Shown here: positions 1 to 13,920 of the stretch, in pieces
Layout: each line of letters opens with the position of its first letter
How positions within the stretch are numbered: position 1 is the first letter of the stretch
From: Haliotis rufescens
Taxonomy: Eukaryota
Length of the DNA stretch: 64,000 bases
Direction of reading: 5' to 3'
NCBI RefSeq assembly: GCF_023055435.1
Contig: NW_025964112.1
Span: forward strand, 60,078,001-60,142,000
Position numbers and translations under genes: made by a program
The notes under the pieces: model-generated
Databases searched by the model: none
Told to the model about the DNA's origin: nothing
What the model saw: only the letters and a program-made list of their open reading frames with translations

Positions 1-1605
1 TCTTTGTATATGCCGGAGAGCTATAAGAAATTGCAACATGTTTATAGTTTGTATATGCATGAAAACTATAGGGATTTGTAATGTTTATAGTCTTTTGTAT
101 ATGCCGGACACCGATAAGGGAATTGTTATATTTTATAGTAATTTGTGTATCCCGGAAAGCTATAAAGAAACTGTTTTCGGTTCCATATTCAATCCTAGAA
201 AATACAAGGAAATTACAATATATCTACTGTTCTTTATATATGTCAGGAAACAACAGAAACTACAATAGACACCGCCGGCAAAAGGAACTATACACTAAAG
301 TTTGGGTGGTAACTGAACATGAAACAAACAAAAAATAGTTATTCGATGGTGATGGATATTCATATTAGCCAATTTACGTTATAAGGTTAGTAAGTTTTGG
401 CTCAAATCCTATTTTGAAGTTTATATTTTCTTTTGCCCCGCAGTTTAGTTCGGAAATGATTGTTAAGGTAAGTTGATTAACGACTATCACGTTTAATGTG
501 TATAGACACTTGTTCATTGAATCGAATACTTTGATAAAAAAATTATCTTTACAAATTGCATTGACTATATTTGCCATTCAAGTTAACAACTAAAATTGAA
601 GACAAAGATTTCGAAAACAGCATTACGGTAACTTTTCCAAACTGCATCTACAAAAAATCAAAAACGTTTTAACTCCTTTTTCATCAAGCAGCTAGTCCTT
701 GAAAGCGTTTGCCCTGAAGTGATGACAACTAAGTTAGGTGAATGATTTTATCCAACTCTCAACAATGGTACAATCAACTGAAACTCGTTAAAAGTCACTG
801 GCAAGAAAACAGTTAAGAGTAAAAGCACTTAAATGAGGCAGACTTTTGTGTACCTTGTGGCGGGGAAGCTCACTGAATTGATATTTTTCTGCATGTCAGC
901 ACCAGAATGATAAGAACAGAAATGTACATTCTGAAATGGGCCAGAATTATTGACAGGTATGCATGTCTACCCAAACATGTTCCTATAATAACGAGCTTAT
1001 CGCGTATTCTCAAGCTTCAAATTACTTAACAATATTCCAACAACCTCCGCTATGCTTCTTCAGTCATCTAACATATTTTAACAAAATGTCTCCTTAACTG
1101 TCATTTAACAAAAGACTAGAAAGTAACCTATATAGTGTTTACCCGTGTGCTGTGAATGGTTGTTATTGTCGGCGGGTTGAGAGATGTTTACCGTGTTTAT
1201 CCCCCGAGGGTAGATGACTGAGAGTAGGGGCATTGTAGCCAAACACAACCTTCAAAGTACCCCACTAACACTTCACATATTCAATTTCAAGTGACCCGTC
1301 GTAGGAAATTATTTCGACTAATGAAGTTCTCCTTTTGCCAAGCATCAATTGACGGAAGCCGCGAGACGGGAACGGTTGGGGAGGAATTATGCTGTTTGAT
1401 TGGTTGTTGAAAGAATGATTGACAGACGCTCCGCCCATTTTGGAGCGCAACTGTTGTAAGCTTGACAAGCATATTAGAGGTGATGATAGCATCCCTTCCA
1501 TCACGCGGGCAGATGCAGCATGGAGGCCTGACGCTTGCCCTTCAAACTATGGTTGCACAAAAACATTCATTTCAGTTGAAGATACATTCACAGGAGGAAC
1601 ATTTG

Positions 1606-1858
1606 ATGGTAAACACTGACGGACGAGACATGAAACACACGCGTTTCTTTGTGGAAGACATTCTCAGACCTGACTTTGGAAAAGGTAACACCCACCCGGT
1701 ATCACCAGACAGTCATCGGGGTGGGTCCCCTTCATCCTCCCCCGAGCACCCAGGTAGCCAAGGTTCCGAGCCGCACCGTCAGAACGAGGGGGAGGGGAAG
1801 GTGAACCTATGGCCTGCCTGGGTATACTGTACCCGATACTCCGACAGACCATCCGCAG
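1606..1858 (+). CDS. en: engrailed-class homeobox gene, coding exon 1 (EH1 and EH2 motifs)
   Basis: Reads MVNTDGRDMKHTRFFVEDILRPDFG (EH1 FxIxxIL Groucho-binding motif) ... LWPAWVYCTRYSDRPSA-G (EH2). Ends at a G|gtaagc phase-1 donor at 1858/1859. The start is uncertain: in-frame ATGs at 1483, 1513, 1549, 1606 and 1630. Confidence 0.93.
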
Positions 1859-4800
1859 GTAAGCCAAATACTTTATGTTATAGTGTTCGACGAGGTTTAC
1901 AAATAGTGCATTGATCATTTGGGCATTATCATAATATGCATATTGTGTGAACCAAGTATGTAAATACTACCTACACCATGGATGTGGCAGTGATATGACT
2001 TGATCATGAATGTAGGAATACACAAATGGATTATATGCAATAATAATTTATGAAAATTAATACACATAATATAATCTTTCCGTAGTGGAATTTGTTTTTA
2101 TAAATAAAACATTTTTAATCATGTTTTAAGTATGTGTCGTGATCACTAAACTCTCTTCATGTATATTTTAGGTGCTTACTATTAACAGGTGAAAACAAAT
2201 GCACCATTACTGATACCAAATATTTTAACATCATTCAACTCTTTAATTTATTAGAAAATAACTGTTTGACAAATGTCTTACTTCAAAATTAAATGAATTG
2301 TGTGAAGCTTAAAACATTGCTCATGATCACGAGTCATGAGTCGATATCGTTCAGTGGAGATTTCGTAGATTGTAAAAAAGTGTTGTGTCGCTTCCTGTAT
2401 TTCAATCAATGATGGGATCGAATTAATTGCACACCCAAAATTCATTTTGGTTACTATTGACTGTATTGCACATATTTATGTAAACAGTCACTTTCCGGAC
2501 ATTATTGTGCAGTATATCTACATGCCTGCAAATAATACTCATTGTGACTCAGTAATGAGATATGTTTTACAAATATCTTACAAAAGACCTGGAATTTACC
2601 ACGTCAGCCGATATCTATATTTCATCCTTCACACATTCCATGGCTTGAATTCCTTATTTCAGAATCCATCTCTCAATCTTCTCCTCCTACTTCTTTTCCC
2701 CAAAGAACTTATCTAAATGCATGTACTTCGCTACATGGCATGTCTTTGTCTGATGATCAAAGTCTCTCCAAAATCATGATGAATGGATGATCCTAACAGT
2801 CTATGAAAACTATGTCTTTTATCCACAGCGATAGCATTCTACACCAACAAAGGTATTCTTAGATAAAATGCTTATTAATATTAAAGTTACGTTCATTAGA
2901 AATGACATGCGTTAAAGGATACGCTCGCATTTTCCCGAACACCTGGTGCCATCACGATTTGATGGTGATTCAAAAACACATGCTTATGAAACAATAGGCA
3001 TCGTACGATGAACTGTGCTTTTAGCTGAGATCTCCGATGATTATGAGGAGGATTTTGTTCGTTACATTTATGTACTATGCCGCTGACAGTCTTTATAGGC
3101 TTTTAGCAGTTGGATGTATGACAAAGAGTATTATGGATAATAACTTCTTTATAATACAAACACAACGATTCTTGCCCAATAAGTTGTCTAGCGCTCTGAA
3201 ATGTTGCGTATGTATAATAAAGAATTTGTCATCTATAATTCTCCTTGTCATGACTACTGTGTTGCTGTCAACATATATTACAACATAATCTATTTTGGCT
3301 GAACTGCACTACATATGTCGGATCCTATCCCAGTGTTCGCAACATCTACAAGCATTCAAGGTAGGCACTTGTCGTTAAATAGATGTTTCTATTTCTACGA
3401 AGCATGTCTACAAATACTCAACATATGATTTCAACCCTCTGTTCCATATGTGTATTTGCTATTTACTTGTTTAAAAGGTATTATCTATCAATATTGGTTT
3501 CTTGAAAAAGCCATGTCTTCTAACTCATGTAATTTTCCGATGTTAACATACATAGAGGCAAAGACATAGAAAGCAATAAGTAAATCAAATAACGTGTTGA
3601 GGGCGTTATGCTATATGGACACGGAGAATGATTCGATCAACAGTGTCGTCAGTGGTACTGGATACTTGTTCGTGTCAGCTCTAAGAGGGGGAGTTTGACG
3701 AGAAAGATTCTGTAACGAAGATAAAAAAAAATGACCACTGATATCATCAAATATCTGTCACTCAACGCAAACCTTGTGAATATCCATCTGTGAAACGAAG
3801 AAGCATTTCTGCCTACAATGCATATATAGGTCTACAATACATGTATATATCTGTACTGGGCCCTGTACGTACTACTCTCCATATCACAACATTGAACATT
3901 ACTGTAAGTTTGTATTCAGTTTTTTCTTTCTTTATTTTTGTCATCATTAATTTAATTTTAATTTATATAATGTTCACAGCTATTTTGCCTTATACTTCAA
4001 ATGGAGTGTTTGTTTCGCCAGATGATTGAGGCTGATTATTCTCTGCCGTTGATGTTTTATATTTATGCATGATTTATGTAGACATTTAAAGTATCAATAT
4101 TCAACGTGTACAGGCAGCACGTTATAAATAATTAATCCTTAAATTAACCCTCCACCCCTTAATACAGAGCGACAATGAAGGACATGTTCTTCATTCGCTG
4201 TTTTTAATTTTCTCTTGGCAAAATCCTTACTGTAGAAATGAGGATGTTGATTTATATCGTTCAATATATTGATAACATTAAATGTAATAACTGATCCTGA
4301 TATGCGGTTAAAAATTACATTGTGTTTAGAATACACTTTTATGTATCATTTATTATAAACTTGATGTTTTTTCTGCACTCTAATATAGTTAAGAGAGCAT
4401 TTTTTGAACACCTTATAAAACGTTGAAATGTTGTGTCCATTGTAACAGCAACCATACTTAAATTATTTTCAAAGAAACAACGTCAAAAACATATATTTTG
4501 TTTTAATTAAAGAATTTAATTACTCAAACATTCACGTGAAACCAATCTGAAATAAACGATCATATTATCTGCTTCCTTGACATCCCCATATACGCATTGA
4601 TGCATCGTCATATCATTTCACAGTGGTGCATTTGCATATTTTGAAATTGGTAATATTACCCATCTCAACTTGAGAGAAGGGTTTTATATCTTCAGTGGTT
4701 AGAATAGGATTAACTTAATCCATCATTGTCATCAGCAACGTATTGTCGAGGACGAGATGTTAACAGATGCGATATAATTACAAAGTCATACGTGTTATAA

Positions 4801-6622
4801 ATCGACATATTTTTTAGCGATGTATCTGCATATCGTGCGTTCATCTTAGGCCTCCACTCTCCATCACTTTCACCATGCACATCAGGGAAGATTGGTATCA
4901 AGTTTGGTTTTAAGTAAAATGAACGATATTTTAAGGAGAATGCACTGAAATACAGACATTGTAGACACAAAGCGGGTCTGAGCCACCCAGGGACTCCATG
5001 TTGCTGATGTTGGCCACAATGCTTCTTCTCTCCTGTTGAGTTTGCAGTGATGTGTAACGCCCCTCTCAATACCGGGATAAGCGCACCGCTGATAGTTATG
5101 ATAAAGTCCATACAATGTATCTATTTTAAACTGCCGGGCAAAAGATAGTATACACCCAGTTTTCAGTGGTGATGTATTTGATACGAGTATCATAGGCGAT
5201 ATTGGACCTTAAGCTTGCTATATTTTGGCGACTGTTCAGCCTTGTGAAGGTTTGGTAACGTTTGTAATTATTTGGTCAAATACAATTTCCATGTGTGTGC
5301 TAAGTTTTTCTTTGGCCCCGCAGTTTATGTCAAAGGAAGCAAACAGGTATCCCTCAGACACGTTTAAATCAGCGTAGGATATTTGGGAAGAGAAAAATAT
5401 ACGTTATCAGAAGACTATGTGTTCACGGTATCCCCCTGCCAACAAAATGTGTCTAAAATACCGTGTTACAATGGAACATGAGGGTACGGAAAGGTATTTT
5501 TTGGAGATGAGAGGTATTTAGCCGTCGACAGAGAACATAACGCAAGATACAAGACGGAATTGCCGTGACAGTATTTGAATAGTATCTCAGTAATATTACC
5601 TCCGTTACATCACCTTCATGTGGGAGGAAGTCCCACGTGAAGCAGGTCTCAGACGTTTACCAGTTTTATGAAACCCACGAGCACGGGCATGGTGCTGACA
5701 ATCCTAAAATATAATCACGACAGGTAAAACTGAGAACGAACCTATGATTTCCTGACGCGCCTATGAGACAAAAATGTGTGGGGAATAGTGTAGACATTTC
5801 TCGTTATGTTAACGGGAAGACGGCTAATTTTGTTTCGAAATGTTTCATAAGAATGTCAGAGAGTGATGACTATATTTTGATACAATAGTGTCGGAAAGTA
5901 AGTGTAAGTCTGTTGTCATTATTTGTTCTTTAACGCCGCACGCCGCAGTAATCAGCATTCCATATATAAGGCGGCATATGAACAATAGAGTCTGGGCCAC
6001 ACAAACCAGTGATTGATATTATGAGCAACATCGTCGGGGTTCGATAACATGCATATAACCAAGTCATCGATCTTAACCGCGTCACAGATACATTTTATCG
6101 CCTCTTGCCACAGGCATAGGTTACTGGAGACGTATTCTAAGCCTCGGTCCCCACGGGGGGCTTCGTCATGTATATATGCTATTTTGTATGTAATGTTGAA
6201 CACAGGACCAGATGATAATTAAGTTACAATTGATTCCTAACTTCGCACAATGAAGGCATAATGGCTGGCATATTTATGTAGCATTTGAACTACATTAGTT
6301 ATGTATAAAGACGCTCCTGCCGGTTGTACTTGTCTCGTGTACCCATACGACATTCGCGTTTGAAATGAGATCCCTTCAATTATACTGACAAACAAAAAGC
6401 CTATAATAAAGAAATATGCCGACAACTGAGAATCGTGGCATTATGATAGCGGCCTGGGACTATTAATTACAGGGGAATGACAGGACGTACACTGGTCATG
6501 GACAGGGTGAATACAGGGGTAGACTTGAATATCTGATATATTACTGCACCCCTGGTAAAGAGCTGACCAACCTGCTATACCTGCGTCTCTAGGCGTTGCC
6601 GGGGAAGAAGGACAGGAAGCTA

Positions 6623-6975
6623 CATCATATCATTATATACCGTTTTATATACCCATCCTTACCCTTAGAATAATCGTATAAGAACGTCATCGAATCTGAC
6701 GCTTCGCAATATTGTCACAACCTATCTTTGACATCATCTCATATCATTAGGCTTTATATACCGTTTTATATACCCATCCCTACCCTTAGAATAATCGTAT
6801 AAAAACGTCATCGAATCTGACGCTTTTCAATATTGTCACAACCTATCTTTGACATCATATCATATCATTAGGCATTATATACCGTTTTATATACCCATCC
6901 TTCCCCTTAGAATAATCGTATAAGAACGTCATCGAATCTGACGCTTTTCAATATTGTCACAACCTATCTTTGACA
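6623..6975. repeat. 121-bp tandem repeat, about 3 copies
   Basis: cgttttatatacccatcc recurs at 6641, 6762 and 6883. Confidence 0.95.
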
Positions 6976-7989
6976 AAGAAGAGATAATTATGATGAAGAG
7001 ATGTACACAGTAAATAAAGTGGTTGTTATCCATAAATTATCTCTACTTTATCATCCGCCAACTTCTAAGTAATGCCTATCAAACAATTCAATTAATCTTT
7101 GCACGTGTTTTCCTCTTTGTATAATTATCAAAACTGTGCTTAACCTTTTACAACAATGTCACTCTCTGTTTGATAAGATATATTAAATAAAAAACAATAA
7201 AACTATGAAAACGGTTATATAAATTCTCCTTGACCCTTAAACGTTATTAAAAACGACTTAGACGTTTTACAATATCCCTGTTCTGAAAGTACTTTAATTG
7301 TATAAATATAGAAATCTATAAAACGATTTCACATACCAACCTTAGCCTTCGAATAATTTCAAAAAGGAATATGACGTATTACAGTAAAGTAACGATACGT
7401 TTCTGAATGCAATTTAATTACCACAACAAATACTAACTACAATTCAAGCTTATGGTAAGTTCAGCACCTCATGCATCATACACCAGACACACGTTCAGGG
7501 CAGCGCAATCACCATATGCTAGAAAGACTGATATTTGCACTCCCTTTCTGGCGTGGGGCAAACTTGCCCCTGATAGGCGCGTGTTGAGTGTGTATGTTAT
7601 AGAGCATTGTACTATCCCACCAGGCACCGCGCCATCATATGCCAGCGTCCAATTGTAGTGGAGGCATCGGAGGCTTGCAATGACACATGCATGAACTGTT
7701 TTCTCAAGGCCCAGCTTTCACTGAAGCGTGCATCCGTTAATAGGCAAATTATTTCTCTGCCACTTCTAGCACAGGATGACACTCACACAACTGGTTCCAA
7801 GCTGAAGTCAATTTGCTGCGCCTCTGTATCAACATGGGGTCATCCAGCTTCAAATTATCTCAATTATATGCCACGCATGTCGACAGTTGCGGGAGTATCA
7901 TATGAAAATTGCATCGCCTTGTCCGCTTGCTACCCAACAACACCAGAGCGACGTACCCTTCTCACAGTGGCAAACACTCATCTTCACAT

Positions 7990-8859
7990 AAACGTGTCTA
8001 GTCGCCAGTAAATGCTCTCACTACATAAGTTAGAAGGAACGTGTCTAGCCGCTAGTAAATACTCCCACAACATGAAGTGGAGGTAACGTGTCTAGTCGCT
8101 AACAAATGCTGTCACGACGCAAGGTGGAGGTAACGTGTCTAGTCGCTAGCAAATGCTCTCACGGCGTATGGTGGAGGTAACGTGTCTAGTCGCTAGCAAA
8201 TGCTCTCACGGCGTATGGTGGAGGTAACGTGTCTAGTCGCTAGCAAATGCTCTCACGGCGTATGGTGGAGGTAACGTGTCTAGTCGCTAGCAAATGCTCT
8301 CACGGCGTATGGTGGAGGTAACGTGTCTAGTCGCTAGCAAATGCTCTCGTGACGTCAGATAGAGGTAACGTGTCTGGTCGCTAGCAAATGCTCTCACCAC
8401 ATAAGGTGGAGGTAACGTGACTAGTCGCTAGCAAATGCTCTCACGACGTAAGGTGGAGGTAACGTGTCTAGTCGCTAGCAAATGCTCTCACGGCGTATGG
8501 TTGAGGTAACGTGTCTAGTCGCTAACAAATGCTCTCACGGCGTATGGTGGAGGTAACGTGTCTAGTCGCTAACAAATGCTCTCACGGCGTAAGGTGGAGG
8601 TAACGTGTCTAGTCGCTAACAAATGCTCTAACGACGTAAGGTGGAGGTAACGTGTCTAGTCGCTAACAAATGCTCTCACCACATAAGGTGGAGGTAACGT
8701 GACTAGTCGCTAACAAATGCTCTCACGACGTATGGTGGAGGTAACGTGTCTAGTCGCTAACAAATGCTCTCACGGCGTAAGGTGGAGGTAACGTGTCTAG
8801 TCGCTAACAAATGCTGTCACGACGCAAGGTGGAGGTAACGTGTCTAGTCGCTAACAAAT
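7990..8859. repeat. 47-bp minisatellite running into an N-gap
   Basis: ggtggaggtaacgtgtctagtcgctagcaaatgctctcacggcgtat with period 47. Confidence 0.95.
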
Positions 8860-9188
8860 NNNNNNNNNNNNNNNNNNNNNNNNNNNNNNNNNNNNNNNNN
8901 NNNNNNNNNNNNNNNNNNNNNNNNNNNNNNNNNNNNNNNNNNNNNNNNNNNNNNNNNNNNNNNNNNNNNNNNNNNNNNNNNNNNNNNNNNNNNNNNNNNN
9001 NNNNNNNNNNNNGCATACGCACATACACACACGCATNNNNNNNNNNNNNNNNNNNNNNNNNNNNNNNNNNNNNNNNNNNNNNNNNNNNNNNNNNNNNNNN
9101 NNNNNNNNNNNNNNNNNNNNNNNNNNNNNNNNNNNNNNNNNNNNNNNNNNNNNNNNNNNNNNNNNNNNNNNNNNNNNNNNNNNNNNNN
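8860..9188. other. Assembly gap/masked run (others at 37829-38156, 39514-39742, 51172-51390, 58035-58178)
   Basis: Runs of N. Confidence 1.
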
Positions 9189-10079
9189 TAATTACACACA
9201 CTTTACACAAAACAGTCCATTGTCGAATTACATTGACTCATCTAGCTGTAGTGAGTGAGTAACTTATTCAGAAGTCAACAAATGTTATCTCACACCGTCG
9301 GGGTACGATGCTACACAATCAACCAGGTCACACACCATGTGGTCCTCATGTGTTGGCCCTCGGACTGGCGTGGGTTACTGGGATCATATTCACACCCACG
9401 AGGCAGCTGTGTGAGCCGGACTGATCGCTGACATAGCCATGAGCATACATTTCACAGTTGCTACTGTGTAACAGCATCGCGGATACCAGTGAAACTCAAT
9501 TGCATTTTGGAATAATCTTCGAATCAAGGATGTTGGTATCTGACGTGGAAATCCATGGCTAATTACATAGAAAATAAACATGTTACTCTTGTACATTGAT
9601 AAATGAACTGATCGCGAAGCAGTAGATTGAGAAGTGAGAGCAACTGTGTGAGCGCAACAGCCTATTTGTCACGTTGTCGAGCTCACACATGTCAGCGTAG
9701 TTTGCCCTGATCACACAGATAAGGCACGACTGGCTTCAAACCATTTTCCTCAGACTAATTTCGATAGCAAAAACCCGTGATATATGTATAATATAGAAAT
9801 GCGAAATTTAAATCTGGAATTGTCATTCCTAAGAATAGTTTTGAATATAACTGCTTTATAATACTTGAGACATATTGATATTGGTTTTGGATATCCGCTG
9901 TTTTCTCGAATTAGACTTTTTTATGGATGAATTCGACATGTGTTGTTTGATCATATGCACATTATATTTTAGTCTTTTTTCTTCACATTAGGCTACTTCT
10001 AATTATATATTCCAAAACTTATTTAATAATCCGTTGTAACGATTGGATTTGTAAGAAAGAGAGTTAGGTATCTCTGTTA

Positions 10080-11550
10080 CAGTCAATGTCTAGAATTCGT
10101 CAATATGTATATATGTATTGACAAAAAGAATAAGTCAATTTGTATATTGATGTGCATATTGACTGAAATTTTCATTACACAGATTGCCTGAAAAATGAGA
10201 CTGGATGTAGGACAGATTGACTCAAATGAATTAGACGCCTTAATTTATTCTCCTCATTTTTATTTGGAGCTGTGTTGATCTTATGATGATCGAGGTAAGT
10301 TTTGAAAGTATATTTACACAATATGCTGGAAGCAATCTGATGTTATCTTCTCGAGACCATAAGAACTATTTCGTGGCTCAATGGTTGCACCATCACTTTC
10401 TATTACGAGTTACTTCATTCCTGTGTCCCGCACATTGACCAATCAGATTCCATCTCTCACATCACGTGCATGAAAAGATCTGTCAACGCCCAGTTGTCAC
10501 TCAGTCGATTGCAAGATTTGCAGAGCACGTGACACACGTGCTCTGCAAATCTTGCAATCGACTGAGTGAGTGAGTTCGGTTTTACGCCGCTTTTAACAGT
10601 GTTCCAGTTATATCACGGCGTGACAGCTTAATGTGGGAGGAAAGCCCGAAGTGATGCAATCGACTGAAATGTGCTTGGAGTTGCCATGTTGTTTACGAAC
10701 CGAATGTCGATTTCGTTACGCAATTTTGATTGGACTGTGCATTGCCTCGTTAGGCCAGCCAAAATATTACTCAGAAATTCCAGCCTAGTTCGGCAAGGGT
10801 TGAAACTGGATTTCTATGTTCAGTTAACTCCTTTGCCTCGGGGAGATGTTAATGAACGTCAATACATCACCAATTATTAATATTGTTTTAATAAATTATA
10901 AGTAACATAGATTAGACGCCCAATAGTTAATAGGTAGCGGTGACCTGAAGCAGTCTCCTCATCAAAGCAAATGCCCTGATTAGAAGCCAGATAATTACAA
11001 TAGTAACATGTCAAAACAGTAGGTGACAGTGGTCTATACGATAAAGTGGACCGAAATTCTATAAACTTTCCTCTATCAACTTTCGCAATGGCTACTTTAA
11101 TGGAAGCTTCGTTTCATGAACAGTTGTTGAAAAACAAAGTGTCTGATAAACATGTCCTTATTATTGACCAAGAACGAATATTTTGCGTCACTTGCGTGAA
11201 AGAAACATATATCTACGATATGTTCGACAGCATTAAGAGAGGTCTCGTTTCAAATTGTCATGATGGTCTTGACGAACAACACGTATAACAACACCGGGCG
11301 TAGTTGTCAAACCTATCATGTCCAAGGAGTTCGGATCGCGAGGCCATCTCATCATCAGATTAACGTAGATCCAAATTAAAAGTAGGAGATACAATTAAGG
11401 AGTCTAATTCATTTCAGTCAATCTGTCTTAAATCCAAAATTTCAGTCAATATGTTCATTGCCTGACTGAATCAGTCGATATACATATTGACTAATTTTTT
11501 AGTCGATATACATTTTGACTGAATTTCTTAGTCACTATACATATAGACAT
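10080..11550. mobile_element. Old long-TIR element with nested MITE inside the engrailed intron
   Basis: ggacagattgactcaaatgaattagacgccttaatt (about 10210-10245) is the inverse of aattaaggagtctaattcatttcagtcaatctgtct (about 11393-11428). Both ends carry gtcaatat/atattgac subrepeats. Confidence 0.55.
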
Positions 11551-11993
11551 CTATATTACTCAAAAACAATAACGTACTACCAGAGTTTTTCATATTGATA
11601 TAGTTAATATGGCAAAGGCCCGGCCATTTGTTGTATATATGCTGTATATATGTTTATAACGAACTACGGTTATTACGAACTAAAACTAGTTGTCCCTTGT
11701 GTTCGTTATAACCGTAGTTTATTGTAGTTATACGAAAGAATCGGGCGCTCCTAACTGTCTTTTTAGTTGTATAATTGGGTGTAATACTACCCTGTTTGAT
11801 TAATGATAATTAGCTCGGAAAAGTCCTTGTATAGAAGCGAGGACTTTATTGTTTTATATCTTCGGGTTGATCTTGTGTTTGTATTTTATTGCATCCTCAT
11901 ATGCCATTGATGTGTCATTCATAGTGAATGATTCAAATGACTCCAAGTTATATTAACTTACAGGAATGTAACGTGACTGTGTATGGGCCTTAA

Positions 11994-11994
<1 letters not shown>

Positions 11995-12066
<72 letters not shown>
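11995..12066. repeat. Compound microsatellite (GAC)n(GAT)n
   Basis: Direct reading. Confidence 0.95.
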
Positions 12067-13614
12067 CACTGATAATAACAGTGACAAATGTGTCTAATAT
12101 GATATTTATCTTGATGTCCGTTGTTTGTACATCGCTTTTGTCTACCTAAAACAAACAGAATTCTTACAGGATTCTATCTTTTTCCTCTGCTGGAGAATTA
12201 TTTTTAAAAAAGCTTCACGTTATAAATTATTAGGCCCTACAAACTATTTGCACTTTAACTATCTCCCAACTGTAATGTAACATCTACATCAAGGCGAAAC
12301 CTACTTATTTAAATGAACATTGAACAAATGACTTTCTTTATTTGTGTAAACATACCATTGTCTAAATATCCTTCCAATCACAAAACAGTTTTAGAAACAA
12401 GAAAAACAAACAAGCAGCTCCTCCCCGCCTATCTATCAAGTCTTATACTAGACAGGAAGTGCTCTGTCAGCCGTGTTGAAATACCCGCCTGGTAAGAAGA
12501 CAATTAATTTCTGAGGTCGCTAGTCTCGGGGTGAAATTAGACGAAAAGCCGAGGAATCACAGTTGGAGGGGAGTTTTTTCTCTTCTGAAAAGACGCACAG
12601 AGGTGTGGAGTGAATTCTGGAAACCCGCACACCGCGAGCTTTAATTGACTAATCACCTCCTCAGCGGTAGTCATGTTCTAACACCCAGTCCTTCATAAAC
12701 CCGTCACATTCGCTTTCACATACAGAAAAGTGAACGTTAGGGCTGAATTATAGCGTGTATCTCTATCGGTGCTTGTCTATCTCAACTATCAGTAGTTATT
12801 TTCGTCCTATTAATTTCTACAGAGATCTCTCGCCAGGCTGGGGATCCCCTGTCACAAGCTATTAACATGGTCATCTACCTGTCTGTTAAAGCCACATGTA
12901 GTTGTCATATCCAAATAGAAAGCATGTTTGTATATGCCTATTTGAACGTGGCCAAACACACCTGCAGAAATATTCCAGTGTTCATGCTTTGTGTAGAATA
13001 ACGGTATAGTAATAATAGTAGTATAATAACTTCACTGGAATACATTCACATTCTTCTCATTCCAAACATTGCAAGATTTGTCTTTAAATATATATAGGGA
13101 TAATTAGGTATGCACTGACCATCCTTGTCACTCTGTGTTAAATCGGCTGTAGAAATAGATTTAATAAAATATAAAGGGGTACTGTTCTCGACGAGTTTGT
13201 GCCCATATTCAGCCCAGGTCTACTGTTTAAATCTGGCGCCCCAGTTTGATATTTCCTTGTGGGATGGGAGTCTTGTTTTAAAAATAATTAGTTCCCAGAA
13301 TACTGGAAAATTGTATGCCCACTCCCAAAGCCCACCTCCGATAATATTACAAGGCCGGTGCTATAGTGCTATAAATAAACTTGAGACATTGTCTGAATGT
13401 AATAAGAATAACCCTACGGACCTTCTTACGGACCCCAGAGCATTTATTAAAAAAAAACAGTCTCGAGTATCTGCCGGTACAGTTCCATTTGGCCTAAGAG
13501 GCAAAACAATGGTAAAGGTTATATGACAGGATCGCTGAAAATCAGTAATGACAACAGGTGTTCGCGAAAAGAGAAACCAGGCTACCGGTGTGTAAACATT
13601 CACCCCATTCCATT

Positions 13615-13920
13615 CTCACCCCATTCCCAGTACTAGCACTAGCAGTCTACACTCACCCCATTCCCAGTACTAGCACTAGCTGTCTACACTCACCCCATTC
13701 CCAGTACTAGCACTAGCTGTCTACACTCACCCCATTCCCAGTACTAGCACTAGCAGTCTACACTCACCCCATTTCCAGTACTAGCACTAGCAGTCTACAC
13801 TCACCCCATTCCCAGTACTAGCACTAGCAGTCTACACTCACCCCATTCCCAGTACTAGCACTAGCAGTCTACACTCACCCCATTCCCAGTACTAGCACTA
13901 GCAGTTTATACTCACCCCCT
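13615..13920. repeat. 37-bp minisatellite, about 8 copies
   Basis: ctcaccccattcccagtactagcactagcagtctaca with period 37. Confidence 0.95.

Noticed and set aside
7990-8859. Regular 47-bp (and 37-bp at 13615) repeats as a possible CRISPR array
   Set aside because: Head-to-tail monomers with no unique spacers, no cas genes, and a eukaryotic context.
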